The position numbers and the translations under genes were made by a program. 64,000 nt of DNA from an uncultured Oscillospiraceae bacterium (GTDB lineage: Bacteria > Bacillota > Clostridia > Oscillospirales > Oscillospiraceae), in NCBI GenBank assembly GCA_910587785.1, contig CAJUOA010000003.1:32044-96043 (forward strand), written 5' to 3'. The notes beneath the pieces are model-generated. The model was not told the origin of the DNA. It did not search any database and worked only from the letters and a program-made list of their open reading frames with translations. This document shows, piece by piece, positions 1-8,809 of the stretch (positions are counted from its first letter, which is position 1; the number at the start of each line of letters is the position of its first letter).

Positions 1-423
1 AAGCCGGACCTCACCATAGAGGAGACGGCCGCGCGGATGGAAGAGGCGTTCCAGTCGGTCTACGGCATGGGGGCGGAGCGGCTGGAGACCTCCGCCCTGG
101 ACGGGGCCTGTGTGGACGCTCTCACGGAGCGCAACCGCTCCTGGGACTGGCTCTATGGCCGGGACATCCCCTGCGAGCTCCGCTGCGGGAAGCGGTTCCC
201 CTGGGGGGAGGTGGAGCTCCGCCTGGAGGTGGACGCGGGCACGGTGCGGGGCGTCACGGTCTACACCGACGCCATGGACTGGGCCCTGGCCCCGGCGGTG
301 GAGGGGGCCCTCACGGGCAGCGTCTTCCGCCGGGAGGAGCTGGTCCGGCGCCTGGAGGGCGCGGGACTGGAGCAAACTGTGGGAACGGACCTTTGTTCCC
401 TTTTGATGGAGCAGGATATTTGA
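1..423 (+). CDS. lplA: lipoate--protein ligase, C-terminal fragment (5' end lies outside the window)
   Basis: Frame 1 is open from base 1 to the stop at 421-423. The tail RNRSWDWLYGRDIP...RFPWGEVELRLEVD.GTVRGVTVYTDAMDW resembles the LplA/LplJ C-terminal domain. It sits directly upstream of lpd. Confidence 0.7.
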   Translation, partial: KPDLTIEETAARMEEAFQSVYGMGAERLETSALDGACVDALTERNRSWDWLYGRDIPCELRCGKRFPWGEVELRLEVDAGTVRGVTVYTDAMDWALAPAVEGALTGSVFRREELVRRLEGAGLEQTVGTDLCSLLMEQDI

Positions 424-494
424 GATAGATCAAGGGCATACGTCTTTTTTGAGGAAGAAAGGCGTATGCCCGTTGGTGCAGAAAGGAGAGCGTT

Positions 495-1862
495 ATGGAA
501 CAGTACGGACTGATCGTTATTGGCGCGGGCCCCGGCGGGTACGAGGCCGCCCTGCGGGCCTCGAAGCTTGGCATCCGAACCGCCCTGGTGGAGAGCCGGG
601 ACGTGGGCGGCACCTGCCTCAACCGGGGGTGCATCCCCACCAAGAGCCTCCTCCACGCCGCCCAGATCGTCAAAGAGGCGTCCGGGGGCGGGGAGTGGGG
701 CGTGAACGCCGGGGAGCCCGCCGCAGACTTCGCCGCCGTCCACCGGAAGAAGGCGGAGGTGACGGAGAAGCTCCGCGCCGGTGTGGAGGGCCTGCTCAAG
801 CAGAAGAAGGTGGACCTCCTCCGGGGCACGGGAACCATTTTGGGTCCGGGCCGGGTGGCGGTGGACGGTGTGGAGTACGCATCGGACAACATTCTCATCG
901 CCACGGGCTCTGTGCCTGCGCGGCCCCCCATTCCGGGGCTGGAGCACGCTGTCACGTCGGATGATGTGCTAGCGCCCCAGGAGCGGATATATGACTCCCT
1001 GGTCATCATCGGCGGCGGGGTCATCGGCGTGGAGCTGGCCTGTGTGTATACGGCACTGGGGTGCAAGGTGACCATTGTGGAGGCCCTGGAGCGCATCCTG
1101 CCCAACATGGACCGGGAAATCTGCCAGAATATGACCATGATCTTCAAGCGCCAGGGGGTGTCGGTGAACACCGGCTGCATGGTCAGCGCGGTAGAGAAGG
1201 ACGGGGAGGAGCTGGTGGTCCGCTACACCTGCAAGGACCAGCCCGGCGAGGCCCGGGGCGAGGCGGTGCTGTGCGCCATCGGACGCCGTCCCAACACGGC
1301 GGGGCTCTTCGGCGAGGGCTTCCAGGTGGATATGGAGCGGGGCCGCATTCTGGTGGACGGGAACTTCCAGACCAGCGTCCCCGGCGTCTACGCCATCGGG
1401 GATGTGTCGGCGAAGATCCAGCTTGCCCATGTGGCCACTGCCCAGGGCATCGCCTGCGTGGAGCGTTTGGCGGGCCGGGAGCCCCTGGTGGACCTGGACC
1501 TGGTGCCCAGCTGTATCTACACCAGTCCGGAGATCGCCTCCGTGGGCCTCACCGCCGACGAGGCCAAGGCCGCAGGCCGGGCCGTGAAGGTGGGCAAGGC
1601 CATCATGTCCGCCAACGGAAAAACGCTCATTGCCGGAGGTGAGCGGGGGTTCATCAAGGTGGTGGCCGACGCGGAGACCGGAGTCATCCTGGGGGCCCAG
1701 CTCATGTGTGAGCGGGCCACGGACATGCTCTCCCAGTTCACCGAGGCGGCGGCCAACGGCCTGACCGCCCGGCAGCTGGCGAAGGTCATGCGCCCCCACC
1801 CCACCTTCGACGAAGCCGTTACAGGCGCGGTGGAGGACCTGCTGGAAAAGCTGGAGAAATGA
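495..1862 (+). CDS. lpdA: dihydrolipoyl dehydrogenase (E3)
   Basis: 455 aa. FAD fingerprint GAGPGGY, redox-active disulfide GGTCLNRGCIPTK and second dinucleotide fold GGGVIGVE. RBS aaaggagag lies upstream. Confidence 0.92.
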   Translation: MEQYGLIVIGAGPGGYEAALRASKLGIRTALVESRDVGGTCLNRGCIPTKSLLHAAQIVKEASGGGEWGVNAGEPAADFAAVHRKKAEVTEKLRAGVEGLLKQKKVDLLRGTGTILGPGRVAVDGVEYASDNILIATGSVPARPPIPGLEHAVTSDDVLAPQERIYDSLVIIGGGVIGVELACVYTALGCKVTIVEALERILPNMDREICQNMTMIFKRQGVSVNTGCMVSAVEKDGEELVVRYTCKDQPGEARGEAVLCAIGRRPNTAGLFGEGFQVDMERGRILVDGNFQTSVPGVYAIGDVSAKIQLAHVATAQGIACVERLAGREPLVDLDLVPSCIYTSPEIASVGLTADEAKAAGRAVKVGKAIMSANGKTLIAGGERGFIKVVADAETGVILGAQLMCERATDMLSQFTEAAANGLTARQLAKVMRPHPTFDEAVTGAVEDLLEKLEK

Positions 1863-1864
1863 GA

Positions 1865-1900
1865 AAACAGGAGGGGATGGGTGCATCTCCTCCTGTTTTT
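1865..1900. terminator. bidirectional stem-loop between convergent lpd and queA
   Basis: aaacaggagg...cctcctgttt inverted repeat with flanking A/T runs. Confidence 0.6.
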
Positions 1901-1904
1901 GTTC

Positions 1905-2945
1905 CTATTGGATGAACATCGCGTCCCCAAACGAAAAGAACCGGTACCGCTCCCGCACAGCCTCCTGGTAGGCGGCGAGGACGTTCTCCCGTCCGGCGAG
2001 GGCGGAGACCAGCATGATGAGGGTGCTCTCCGGCAGGTGGAAGTTGGTGATGAGGCCGTCGAGGACCTTGAAGCGGTAACCGGGATAGATGAAGATATTG
2101 GTCCACCCGGCGGCGGCCTCCATGTGTCCGTCCGGCCCGGCCCAGCTCTCCACAGTGCGGCAGGAGGTGGTGCCCACGCAGATGACCCGGCCTCCGGCGG
2201 CGCGGGTGCGGTTGATGAGGTCCGCGGTCTCCTGGGGGATGACGCAGTACTCGCTGTGCATGTCGTGGTCCAGGATATCCTCCTCCTTCACGGGGCGGAA
2301 GGTGCCGAGCCCCACATGGAGCGTCACATAGCCGATGCGCACCCCCATGGAAGAGAGCGCTTCCATGAGCTCCGGCGTGAAGTGGAGCCCCGCCGTAGGT
2401 GCGGCGGCGGAGCCGCTGACACGGGCGTAGACGGTCTGATAGCGCTCCTGGTCCTGGAGCTCGGCCTTGATATAGGGGGGCAGGGGCATCCGGCCCAGGC
2501 GCTCCAGGACTTCCAGAAAGATGCCCTGGTAGTGGAAGCGGACCAGGCGGTTGCCGCCCGCTGCCTCTCCGGCGATCTCGCCGGTGAGCTCCCCCTCCGG
2601 GCCGAAGGAGACCCGGGCGCCGGCGCGCAGCTTTTTCCCCGGACGGACCAGGCACTCCCAGACGTTTTCTCCCCGGTCGATGAGGAGAAGCACCTCGCAG
2701 GCCCCGCCCAGGGAGCCGTCGGGATGGACCCGGCTTCCCAGCAGGCGGGCGGGCAGGACCCGGGAGTCGTTCATGATAAGGCAGTCGCCGGGGCGCAGGA
2801 GGTCTGTCAGGTCCCGGAAGTGCCGGTGGGACCAGGCCCCCGTATTCTTGTCCAGCACCATCAGGCGGGAGGCGTCCCGCCGGGGCAGGGGGATCTGGGC
2901 GATGAGCTCAGGGGGGAGGTCAAAGTAAAAGTCGTGGGTCTTCAA
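1905..2945 (-). CDS. queA: S-adenosylmethionine:tRNA ribosyltransferase-isomerase
   Basis: 346 aa. The N-terminus MKTHDFYFDLPPELIAQ.PL..RD.SRLMVL and overall length are typical of QueA. Confidence 0.92.
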   Translation of the reverse strand: MKTHDFYFDLPPELIAQIPLPRRDASRLMVLDKNTGAWSHRHFRDLTDLLRPGDCLIMNDSRVLPARLLGSRVHPDGSLGGACEVLLLIDRGENVWECLVRPGKKLRAGARVSFGPEGELTGEIAGEAAGGNRLVRFHYQGIFLEVLERLGRMPLPPYIKAELQDQERYQTVYARVSGSAAAPTAGLHFTPELMEALSSMGVRIGYVTLHVGLGTFRPVKEEDILDHDMHSEYCVIPQETADLINRTRAAGGRVICVGTTSCRTVESWAGPDGHMEAAAGWTNIFIYPGYRFKVLDGLITNFHLPESTLIMLVSALAGRENVLAAYQEAVRERYRFFSFGDAMFIQ

Positions 2946-3101
2946 GGTATCATCCTTTCCGGGAGACCGGCCACAGATAAGCCGGTCAGGCCCATGTCGT
3001 CGTATTATTTCAGCCCCAGCGCCCGATAAAAGGCGTTGGCGGCTTCGTCCGCCATGCCAGTGTTCCGCGTGAAGGCGGGTGCCTGGGGGAGCAGGGCTGT
3101 G

Positions 3102-3899
3102 TCAAATTCGTGGTATTCGATCACCCCGGTCCTCCTCGATTTGGCCGGTCAGGAAGCGCCGCAGGGCCTCCAGGTCCTCTGGAGGGGGCTTTGGGCAGGC
3201 TTTTTTGCAGTACTTTTCTCCCACCGCGTCCTCCAGCAGATAGCGCAAACGCTCCGGCACGATGTCCATGGCCCAGAGTGCGGCGTCGTATTTGGAGACG
3301 ATGCGCCCCAGGCGCTGGTAGGAGAGCACCCGGGCAAGGGTCAGGATGCCGCAGCTATAGAGGTCCATGCTGATGGACTGCCAAAAGTTGGACTCCGGGA
3401 TCTCCGGCAGAAACGTCTGGGGATATGGGCCGTAAAGGGTGACGCCCTGCTCCTTGGTCAGGCGGACGTGGCAGGCGATGTCCGGGTCGGGGAAATCGGT
3501 GTCCAGGAGGAAGCTGTCCGTACACGCGCCGGAGAGCAGTTTTTCATAGTGGTCCGTCCAGGCTCCGCTGTAGTGGAACTGACAGGGGGCGGGGTGCCGC
3601 CAGGGGCGCAGGTCCTCGATATAGAGGGCGGAGAGCTCCAGGGGGCAGGGGCGTTGGTCCAGGTCCAGCAGGTCCCGGGCCAGGGAAAGGCGTTCCTCGC
3701 GGGGGAGCTTGCGGGCGGTGAGGACCAGGAGGTCCAGGTCGCCGTTCTCCTCCTGGAAGCGGCCCAGGGACAGAGAGCCGTGGAGATACACCGCCAGGAG
3801 GTCCGGCCCGAGGCGGCGCTGCCAGAGGCGGAGCACGCTGTCCAGCTGGGCATGGACGGCAAGGGAGATGGTGTTGTAAGACTGAAACAGAGGGGGCAT
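3102..3899 (-). CDS. aminoglycoside nucleotidyltransferase-like protein (NTase domain plus DUF4111-type C-terminal domain)
   Basis: LHGSLSLGRF....DLDLLVL nucleotidyltransferase motif and AadA/ANT(3'')(9)-like layout. Start moved to the ATG at 3899, which is preceded by ggagga at 7 nt. The ORF track uses a TTG at 3923. Confidence 0.7.
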   Translation of the reverse strand: MPPLFQSYNTISLAVHAQLDSVLRLWQRRLGPDLLAVYLHGSLSLGRFQEENGDLDLLVLTARKLPREERLSLARDLLDLDQRPCPLELSALYIEDLRPWRHPAPCQFHYSGAWTDHYEKLLSGACTDSFLLDTDFPDPDIACHVRLTKEQGVTLYGPYPQTFLPEIPESNFWQSISMDLYSCGILTLARVLSYQRLGRIVSKYDAALWAMDIVPERLRYLLEDAVGEKYCKKACPKPPPEDLEALRRFLTGQIEEDRGDRIPRI

Positions 3900-4131
3900 G
3901 GCAGAATCCTCCGCTGGTATCAAAAAATGGCGGGATTTGTCCGTTTTTCCGGGACAATGAGGAGTATTTGAGAAAAAGAGAAAAAAAATAAATTGACATC
4001 AAACCGAAAATGTGATATGAAAAGACGGGAATTTTCCCGGCTTGTTCATAGAATAAAAATAGTATACACGGGGGCGGAGGATTTTGCAAGCCTATTCGGC
4101 TCCCGGGTCCCAATGAAGGAGGAAACACCCC

Positions 4132-5214
4132 ATGAGAGAGTATCGGGTCGGCGTCATCGGATGCACCGGGATGGTGGGTCAGCGGTTTGTGACGCTGTTG
4201 GAGGGCCATCCCTGGTTCCGGCTGACGGCCGTGGCGGCGAGTGCGCGCAGTGCGGGGAAGACCTATGAGGAGGCGGCCGCGGGCCGCTGGGCCATGGAGG
4301 CCCCCGTCCCGGAGGGGGCGAAGGGGCTGGTGGTCCTGGACGCTGAGGCGGACGCTGAGAAGCTGGCGGGGCAGGTGGACTTTGTGTTCTGCGCCGTGGA
4401 CATGAAGAAGGAGGACATCCGGGCGCTGGAGGACCGGTATGCGAAGCTGGAGTGTCCTGTGGTGTCCAATAACAGTGCACACCGGTGGACGGAGGATGTG
4501 CCGATGGTGGTGCCGGAGATCAATCCGGAGCATCTCCGGCTGATTGACGCACAGCGTAAGCGGCTGGGGACGAAGCGGGGATTTGTGGCGGTGAAGAGCA
4601 ACTGTTCGCTCCAGTCCTATGTGCCCGCATTGCATCCTCTGAGGAAGTACGGGCTGGAGAAGGTGCTGGTGTGTACCTATCAGGCGATCTCCGGTGCGGG
4701 GAAGACCTTTGAGCGGTGGCCGGAGATGGTGGACAACTGCATCCCCTATATTGGCGGGGAGGAGGAGAAGAGCGAGCAGGAGCCGATGAAGCTCTGGGGC
4801 ACGGTGGAGGACGGGAAGCTGGTTTTGGCGGAGGGTCCGGCCATTACGGCGCAGTGTTTCCGGGTGGCATGTACGGACGGACATATGGCGGCGTGTTTTA
4901 TGAAGTTCAAGGACGGGTGCAAGCCCTCTATCGAGCAGATCAAGGCGGACTGGGCGAATTTCTCAGGCAGGGCGCAGGAGCTGGAGCTTCCCAGCGCGCC
5001 GAAGCAGTTTTTGCACTATTTTGAGGAGGCGGACCGTCCGCAGACGAAGCTGGACCGGATGATTGAGAATGGGATGGCGGTGTCGATTGGGCGTCTGCGG
5101 GAGGACAGTCAGTATGACTATAAGTTTGCGGCGCTCAGTCACAATACTCTGCGGGGGGCGGCCGGCGGCGCAGTGCTGTTGGCGGAACTCCTGTGTGCGG
5201 AAGGATACATCTAA
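4132..5214 (+). CDS. asd: aspartate-semialdehyde dehydrogenase
   Basis: 360 aa. N-terminal VGVIGCTGMVGQRF Rossmann motif, active-site region SNCSLQS and RBS aaggagga upstream. Confidence 0.92.
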   Translation: MREYRVGVIGCTGMVGQRFVTLLEGHPWFRLTAVAASARSAGKTYEEAAAGRWAMEAPVPEGAKGLVVLDAEADAEKLAGQVDFVFCAVDMKKEDIRALEDRYAKLECPVVSNNSAHRWTEDVPMVVPEINPEHLRLIDAQRKRLGTKRGFVAVKSNCSLQSYVPALHPLRKYGLEKVLVCTYQAISGAGKTFERWPEMVDNCIPYIGGEEEKSEQEPMKLWGTVEDGKLVLAEGPAITAQCFRVACTDGHMAACFMKFKDGCKPSIEQIKADWANFSGRAQELELPSAPKQFLHYFEEADRPQTKLDRMIENGMAVSIGRLREDSQYDYKFAALSHNTLRGAAGGAVLLAELLCAEGYI

Positions 5215-5217
5215 AGG

Positions 5218-5246
5218 GAAGGGGGCGGATGCCCCCTTCTGCTTTT
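5218..5246 (+). terminator. rho-independent terminator of asd
   Basis: gaagggggc-ggat-gcccccttc stem followed by tgctttt. Confidence 0.7.
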
Positions 5247-5362
5247 GCCTCCGAATGAGTGCCTTCTCTGCTGAAGTCCTGGGGCTCAGCGCCCCGGGGC
5301 TGCTTTTTGCTTCCGAATGAATGCCTTCTCCGTCGAACCCCTGGGGCTCCTCGCCCCAGACC
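5241..5362. repeat. two tandem copies of a ~61-bp unit
   Basis: gcttttgcctccgaatgagtgccttctc...ctggggctcagcgcccc (5241-5301) is followed by gctttttgcttccgaatgaatgccttctc...ctggggctcctcgcccc (5302-5362). Confidence 0.8.
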
Positions 5363-5394
5363 CCGGTGACTTTTTGCACGGCCAAAAAGTCACC
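5338..5394. repeat. left arm of a ~57-bp inverted repeat (GGGGC-N5-GCCCC hairpin plus ggtgacttttt...aaaaagtcacc hairpin)
   Basis: The reverse complement of 5849-5905 matches this segment at all but about 4 positions. Confidence 0.85.
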
Positions 5395-5816
5395 AAAAAG
5401 CCGCCAAGGGGGCTTTGCCCCCTCTGGACTCCCCCACTCCTCTTGGGCCGGAGGGGCCCGGAAGTGCGCAGTACGACAAGATGGCGCCCTTCCTCCGAAC
5501 TTCTGCGCGCTCCCCTGGCAAGATTGGCAGAATGTTATTCTCCGCCTGCCGGCCCTCCATGTAGAACTCCCTGCCGAACTGCGCAGCGGATGCGCCATGC
5601 GTACAGGACAAGAAGAGCAGTCTCGCCCGCACCGTGCCGGTGGCCCGGTAGTCTCTCAAAAGAATCGTGCTTCTCGGAGGCGAACCCAACGAAGAAGACT
5701 AAAGGGCCAGGGAGTGGTGGCGGAGATTCGACTGGCATCGGCCCAGGGAAGAGATTGGGGAAAGGAGACAAACAGGTCGTAGCGTAAACAAAAAACCCCC
5801 GTAATGAAGGAAGATT

Positions 5817-5848
5817 CTCAAGAAACGTAGTTTCTTGAGCGGTTTTTT
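5817..5848 (+). terminator. rho-independent terminator with no upstream ORF
   Basis: ctcaagaaac-gtag-tttcttgag stem followed by cggtttttt. The nearest plus-strand gene (asd) is already terminated at 5246. Confidence 0.6.
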
Positions 5849-5905
5849 GGTGACTTTTTGTCCGCACAAAAAGTCACCGGGGTCCGGGGCGAGGAGCCCC
5901 GGGGG
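5849..5905. repeat. right arm of the ~57-bp inverted repeat
   Basis: ggtgactttttgtccgcacaaaaagtcaccggggtccggggcgaggagccccggggg is the reverse complement of 5338-5394. Confidence 0.85.
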
Positions 5906-5968
5906 CACGGGATAGCAGGCACTAAACAAAAATGCACCCCCGGGGAAAGAAAATAGGTTTTTGGACGC

Positions 5969-5997
5969 TTGTAATCCCCGGAAAAATCTGTTATACT
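5969..5997 (+). promoter_or_regulatory. sigma-A-type promoter for the M50 peptidase/scpA operon
   Basis: TTGTAA, a 17-nt spacer, then TATACT. It lies 27 nt upstream of the RBS/ATG at 6024. Confidence 0.55.
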
Positions 5998-6023
5998 GGT
6001 GGGCGGAAAATAAGGAGGACGCT

Positions 6024-6680
6024 ATGCTGGGATATTTGCGGACATTTTGGGAAGGATTTGACTGGGGGAGCCTGCTCTATGCGCTTCAACGTCTGGTTGG
6101 CGTGCTGGTGTGCCTGACGGTCCACGAGACCTGCCACGGCCTTGCGGCCTACGCCCTGGGGGACCCCACGGCCAAGCGCATGAACCGCCTGAGCTTCAAC
6201 CCCCTCCACCATATCGACTGGCTGGGCCTGGCGTCCATGTTCATCTGTGGGTTTGGCTGGGCGAAGCCGGTGCCGGTGGATATGCGGTACTTCAAAAACC
6301 CCAAGGCCGGGATGGCCCTGACGGCCCTGGCGGGGCCGGTGAGCAACTTCCTGCTGGCGTTTTTGCTGATGTTCGCAGCGTCGGTGATCTCCCGGTTCAC
6401 GGCGGGGCCGGTGGTCTTCCTCATGACCACCGCCATGCTGAGCATCGGGCTGGGCCTCTTCAACCTGGTGCCCATCCCGCCCCTGGACGGGTCGAAGGTC
6501 CTCTTCTCTCTCCTGCCGGACAGGGCCTACTATACGCTCATGCGGTTCGAGCGCTTCGGGATGCTGGTGCTCATGCTCATCATTTGGCTGGACCTGGGGG
6601 GAAGCTACCTCTCCGACGCCATCCGCACGGTCTATTACTGGATGGCTGAACTGTTTTTCTCCTTCGAGAGGGCCGGATGA
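6024..6680 (+). CDS. site-2 protease family (peptidase M50) membrane protein
   Basis: HETCHGLAAY HExxH motif in a TM helix, a later NLVPIPPLDGSK motif and several hydrophobic segments. Start set at the ATG after taaggagga. Confidence 0.8.
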   Translation: MLGYLRTFWEGFDWGSLLYALQRLVGVLVCLTVHETCHGLAAYALGDPTAKRMNRLSFNPLHHIDWLGLASMFICGFGWAKPVPVDMRYFKNPKAGMALTALAGPVSNFLLAFLLMFAASVISRFTAGPVVFLMTTAMLSIGLGLFNLVPIPPLDGSKVLFSLLPDRAYYTLMRFERFGMLVLMLIIWLDLGGSYLSDAIRTVYYWMAELFFSFERAG

Positions 6681-7456
6681 TGGAAGCGCCTGTCTATAAG
6701 CTGGAGCAAGTCGTACACAACAAGGACGGCCGGGAGGACTTCGAGGGTCCGCTGGACCTGATCCTCTTCCTCCTGAGCAAGAACAAGATCGAGATCCAGG
6801 ATATCCCCATCGCGCTGATTCTGGAGCAGTACTTAGCCTACCTGGAGCAGAGACAGCAGATGGACCTGGAGGTGGCGAGTGATTTTGTGGCCATGGCCGC
6901 GCAATTGATGTTCATCAAGACGCGGATGCTCCTCTCCCTGGAGGACGAGGAGGCCAAAAGCGAGATGGAGGAGCTCATCCGCTCCCTGGAGGAGCGCCGC
7001 CGCAGTGAGGACTACGCCAGGATCAAGAGCGTCCTGGAGCGCATGGGCGCTCTGGAGGCCCAGGGCCGGGACCTCTTCGTGAAAGGCCCGGAGCCCCTGG
7101 ACCAGGGCGGACCGCCCCTCTACGACCACGAGGCCGCGGACCTTTTGAACGCCCTGCGGGACATCAGCGTGCGCAGTGAGCGGCGTCTGCCGCCGCCGCT
7201 GAGCAGCTTTGGAGAGATCGTCCGGCAGGAGCATTACCCCGTCTCCCAGAAGGCGTGGGATATTTTGGAGCGGCTGAAACTGGGCGTGACCAGCTTCCGC
7301 CTCCTGTTCTGGGGGAGCCGGAGCCGCAGCGAAGTGGTGGCCGTGTTCCTCGCCGTGCTGGAGCTGTGCAAGGCCCGGGTGGTCCGCCTGGCGGGCGGGG
7401 AGAAGGATTGGACCGTCACGCCCACGGGGGAGAGCGCCGAGGGATTGAAACTGTAG
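6677..7456 (+). CDS. scpA: segregation and condensation protein A
   Basis: FEGPLDLILFLLSKNKIEIQDIPIA...QYL N-terminus typical of ScpA. ATGA overlap with the preceding gene. Confidence 0.9.
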   Translation: MMEAPVYKLEQVVHNKDGREDFEGPLDLILFLLSKNKIEIQDIPIALILEQYLAYLEQRQQMDLEVASDFVAMAAQLMFIKTRMLLSLEDEEAKSEMEELIRSLEERRRSEDYARIKSVLERMGALEAQGRDLFVKGPEPLDQGGPPLYDHEAADLLNALRDISVRSERRLPPPLSSFGEIVRQEHYPVSQKAWDILERLKLGVTSFRLLFWGSRSRSEVVAVFLAVLELCKARVVRLAGGEKDWTVTPTGESAEGLKL

Positions 7457-7474
7457 AGAAAAAGGAGGCACCTC

Positions 7475-8005
7475 ATGATACTGGAGACCGAGCGCCTGAT
7501 TTTGCGGGAATACACCTGGGACGACTTTGACGGCCTGTACGCGCTGTTGTCGGACCCGGAGACCATGTGCCACTACCCCAAACCCTACGACGAGGCCGGG
7601 ACCCGGCGGTGGATCCAGTGGAACCTGGACAATTACCAGAAGTACGGCTTTGGCCTGTGGGCGCTGGTCCTCAAGGAGACCGGGGCGTTCATCGGCGACT
7701 GCGGCATCACCATGCAGTCCATCGACGCTCGGGAGCTTCCGGAGGTGGGGTACCATATCCACAGGAACTACTGGCGCCGGGGCTATGGGAGCGAAGCCGC
7801 CCGGGCGGCAAGGGACTGGGCGTTTGAAAACCGGGATTTTGACGCCCTCTACTCCTACATGAAATACACCAACATCGCCTCCTATTCCACCGCCGCCGCC
7901 AACGGGATGCGGAAGATCAAGGAATACCAGGACCCGGAGGACGGTATCCTCTATGTCTACGCCATTACCCGGGAGGAGTGGGAAGCGAGGAGAATTTCAC
8001 CATGA
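7475..8005 (+). CDS. GNAT family N-acetyltransferase (RimJ/RimL-like)
   Basis: ETERLILREY N-terminus and HRNYWRRGYGSEAA acetyl-CoA loop. Confidence 0.8.
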   Translation: MILETERLILREYTWDDFDGLYALLSDPETMCHYPKPYDEAGTRRWIQWNLDNYQKYGFGLWALVLKETGAFIGDCGITMQSIDARELPEVGYHIHRNYWRRGYGSEAARAARDWAFENRDFDALYSYMKYTNIASYSTAAANGMRKIKEYQDPEDGILYVYAITREEWEARRISP

Positions 8006-8217
8006 AAAGAATGCTCTTTGGCATCGGCCTGCTCCTGAGTGGGACGACCGGCTTCGCGGGCTGGGGCATCGCCGCCACGCAGACCGTCCAGCCGGGGGCG
8101 AGGTCTACCGTTCTGGCGTGCTGTTCTCCCCTGGACTTGGCTGGACTGCTGGTCTTCGCTGTGATAGGCGCGGCGGGGTTTGTGATATCCATGGGGGAGT
8201 TCCGGAAAAAGGATTAG
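8002..8217 (+). CDS. small two-TM membrane protein, function unknown
   Basis: 71 aa. ATGA overlap with the GNAT stop, gaggag RBS 9 nt upstream and two hydrophobic helices. Confidence 0.45.
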   Translation: MKRMLFGIGLLLSGTTGFAGWGIAATQTVQPGARSTVLACCSPLDLAGLLVFAVIGAAGFVISMGEFRKKD

Positions 8218-8236
8218 AGTGCATATAAGGAGTACC

Positions 8237-8809
8237 ATGACAGTCGAAACGAAGGACCTGGAAGCGGCGGTGGAGGCGATATTGTTCGCCTCCGGGGAGC
8301 CGGTACATATCGAGCGCATCTGCCTGGCGCTGGGGGTGGGCCGCCCTGAGGCGGAGAAGGCCCTCCAGCGCCTGGGGGACGCGTGCGCCTTTGAGCGCCG
8401 GGGCGTCCGGGTGGTGCGGCTGGAGGACGCGTGGCAGCTGTGCTCCGCGCCGGAGTACGCCCCCTGCATCCGCCGGGCCCTGGAGATGCGAAAGGCTCCC
8501 CGGCTCAGCCCCCCCGCCCTGGAGGTTCTCTCGGTCATCGCCTACTACCAGCCCGTCACCCGGGCCTACGTGGACCAGGTGCGGGGGGTGGACAGTGCCT
8601 ACACCGTGGGACTGCTGGTGGACCGGGGGCTCATTGAGGAGTGCGGACGTTTGCAGGCCCCCGGGAGGCCAAGGCTCTACCGGACGACACAGCACTTCCT
8701 CCGGTCCTTCCACCTGACCAGCCTGGAGGACCTGCCCCCGCTGCCCGGGGCGGAGGAGCCCCCCGGAGCGGCACCCGCGCCGGAGGAGGAGGGGGGCGGC
8801 GCTCCATGA
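8237..8809 (+). CDS. scpB: SMC-Scp complex subunit ScpB
   Basis: LEAAVEAILFASGEPV, ...LSPPALEVLSVIAYYQPVTRAYVDQVRGV and GRP.LY.TT..FL..F motifs. Confidence 0.88.
   Translation: MTVETKDLEAAVEAILFASGEPVHIERICLALGVGRPEAEKALQRLGDACAFERRGVRVVRLEDAWQLCSAPEYAPCIRRALEMRKAPRLSPPALEVLSVIAYYQPVTRAYVDQVRGVDSAYTVGLLVDRGLIEECGRLQAPGRPRLYRTTQHFLRSFHLTSLEDLPPLPGAEEPPGAAPAPEEEGGGAP

Noticed and set aside
3924-4131. Possible lysine (L-box) riboswitch upstream of asd
   Set aside because: The leader between the promoter-like elements (about 3983-4060) and the start is too short. It also lacks the conserved L-box helices. Only a weak 4-bp palindrome is present.
5706-5735. tmRNA-like 5' motif GGGAGTGGTGGCGGAGATTCGAC
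   Set aside because: No matching 3' acceptor, T-arm or CCA lies within 300-400 nt. A terminator and the promoter of the next gene fall inside the would-be RNA. The candidate tag frame (GDKQVVA) is unconvincing.
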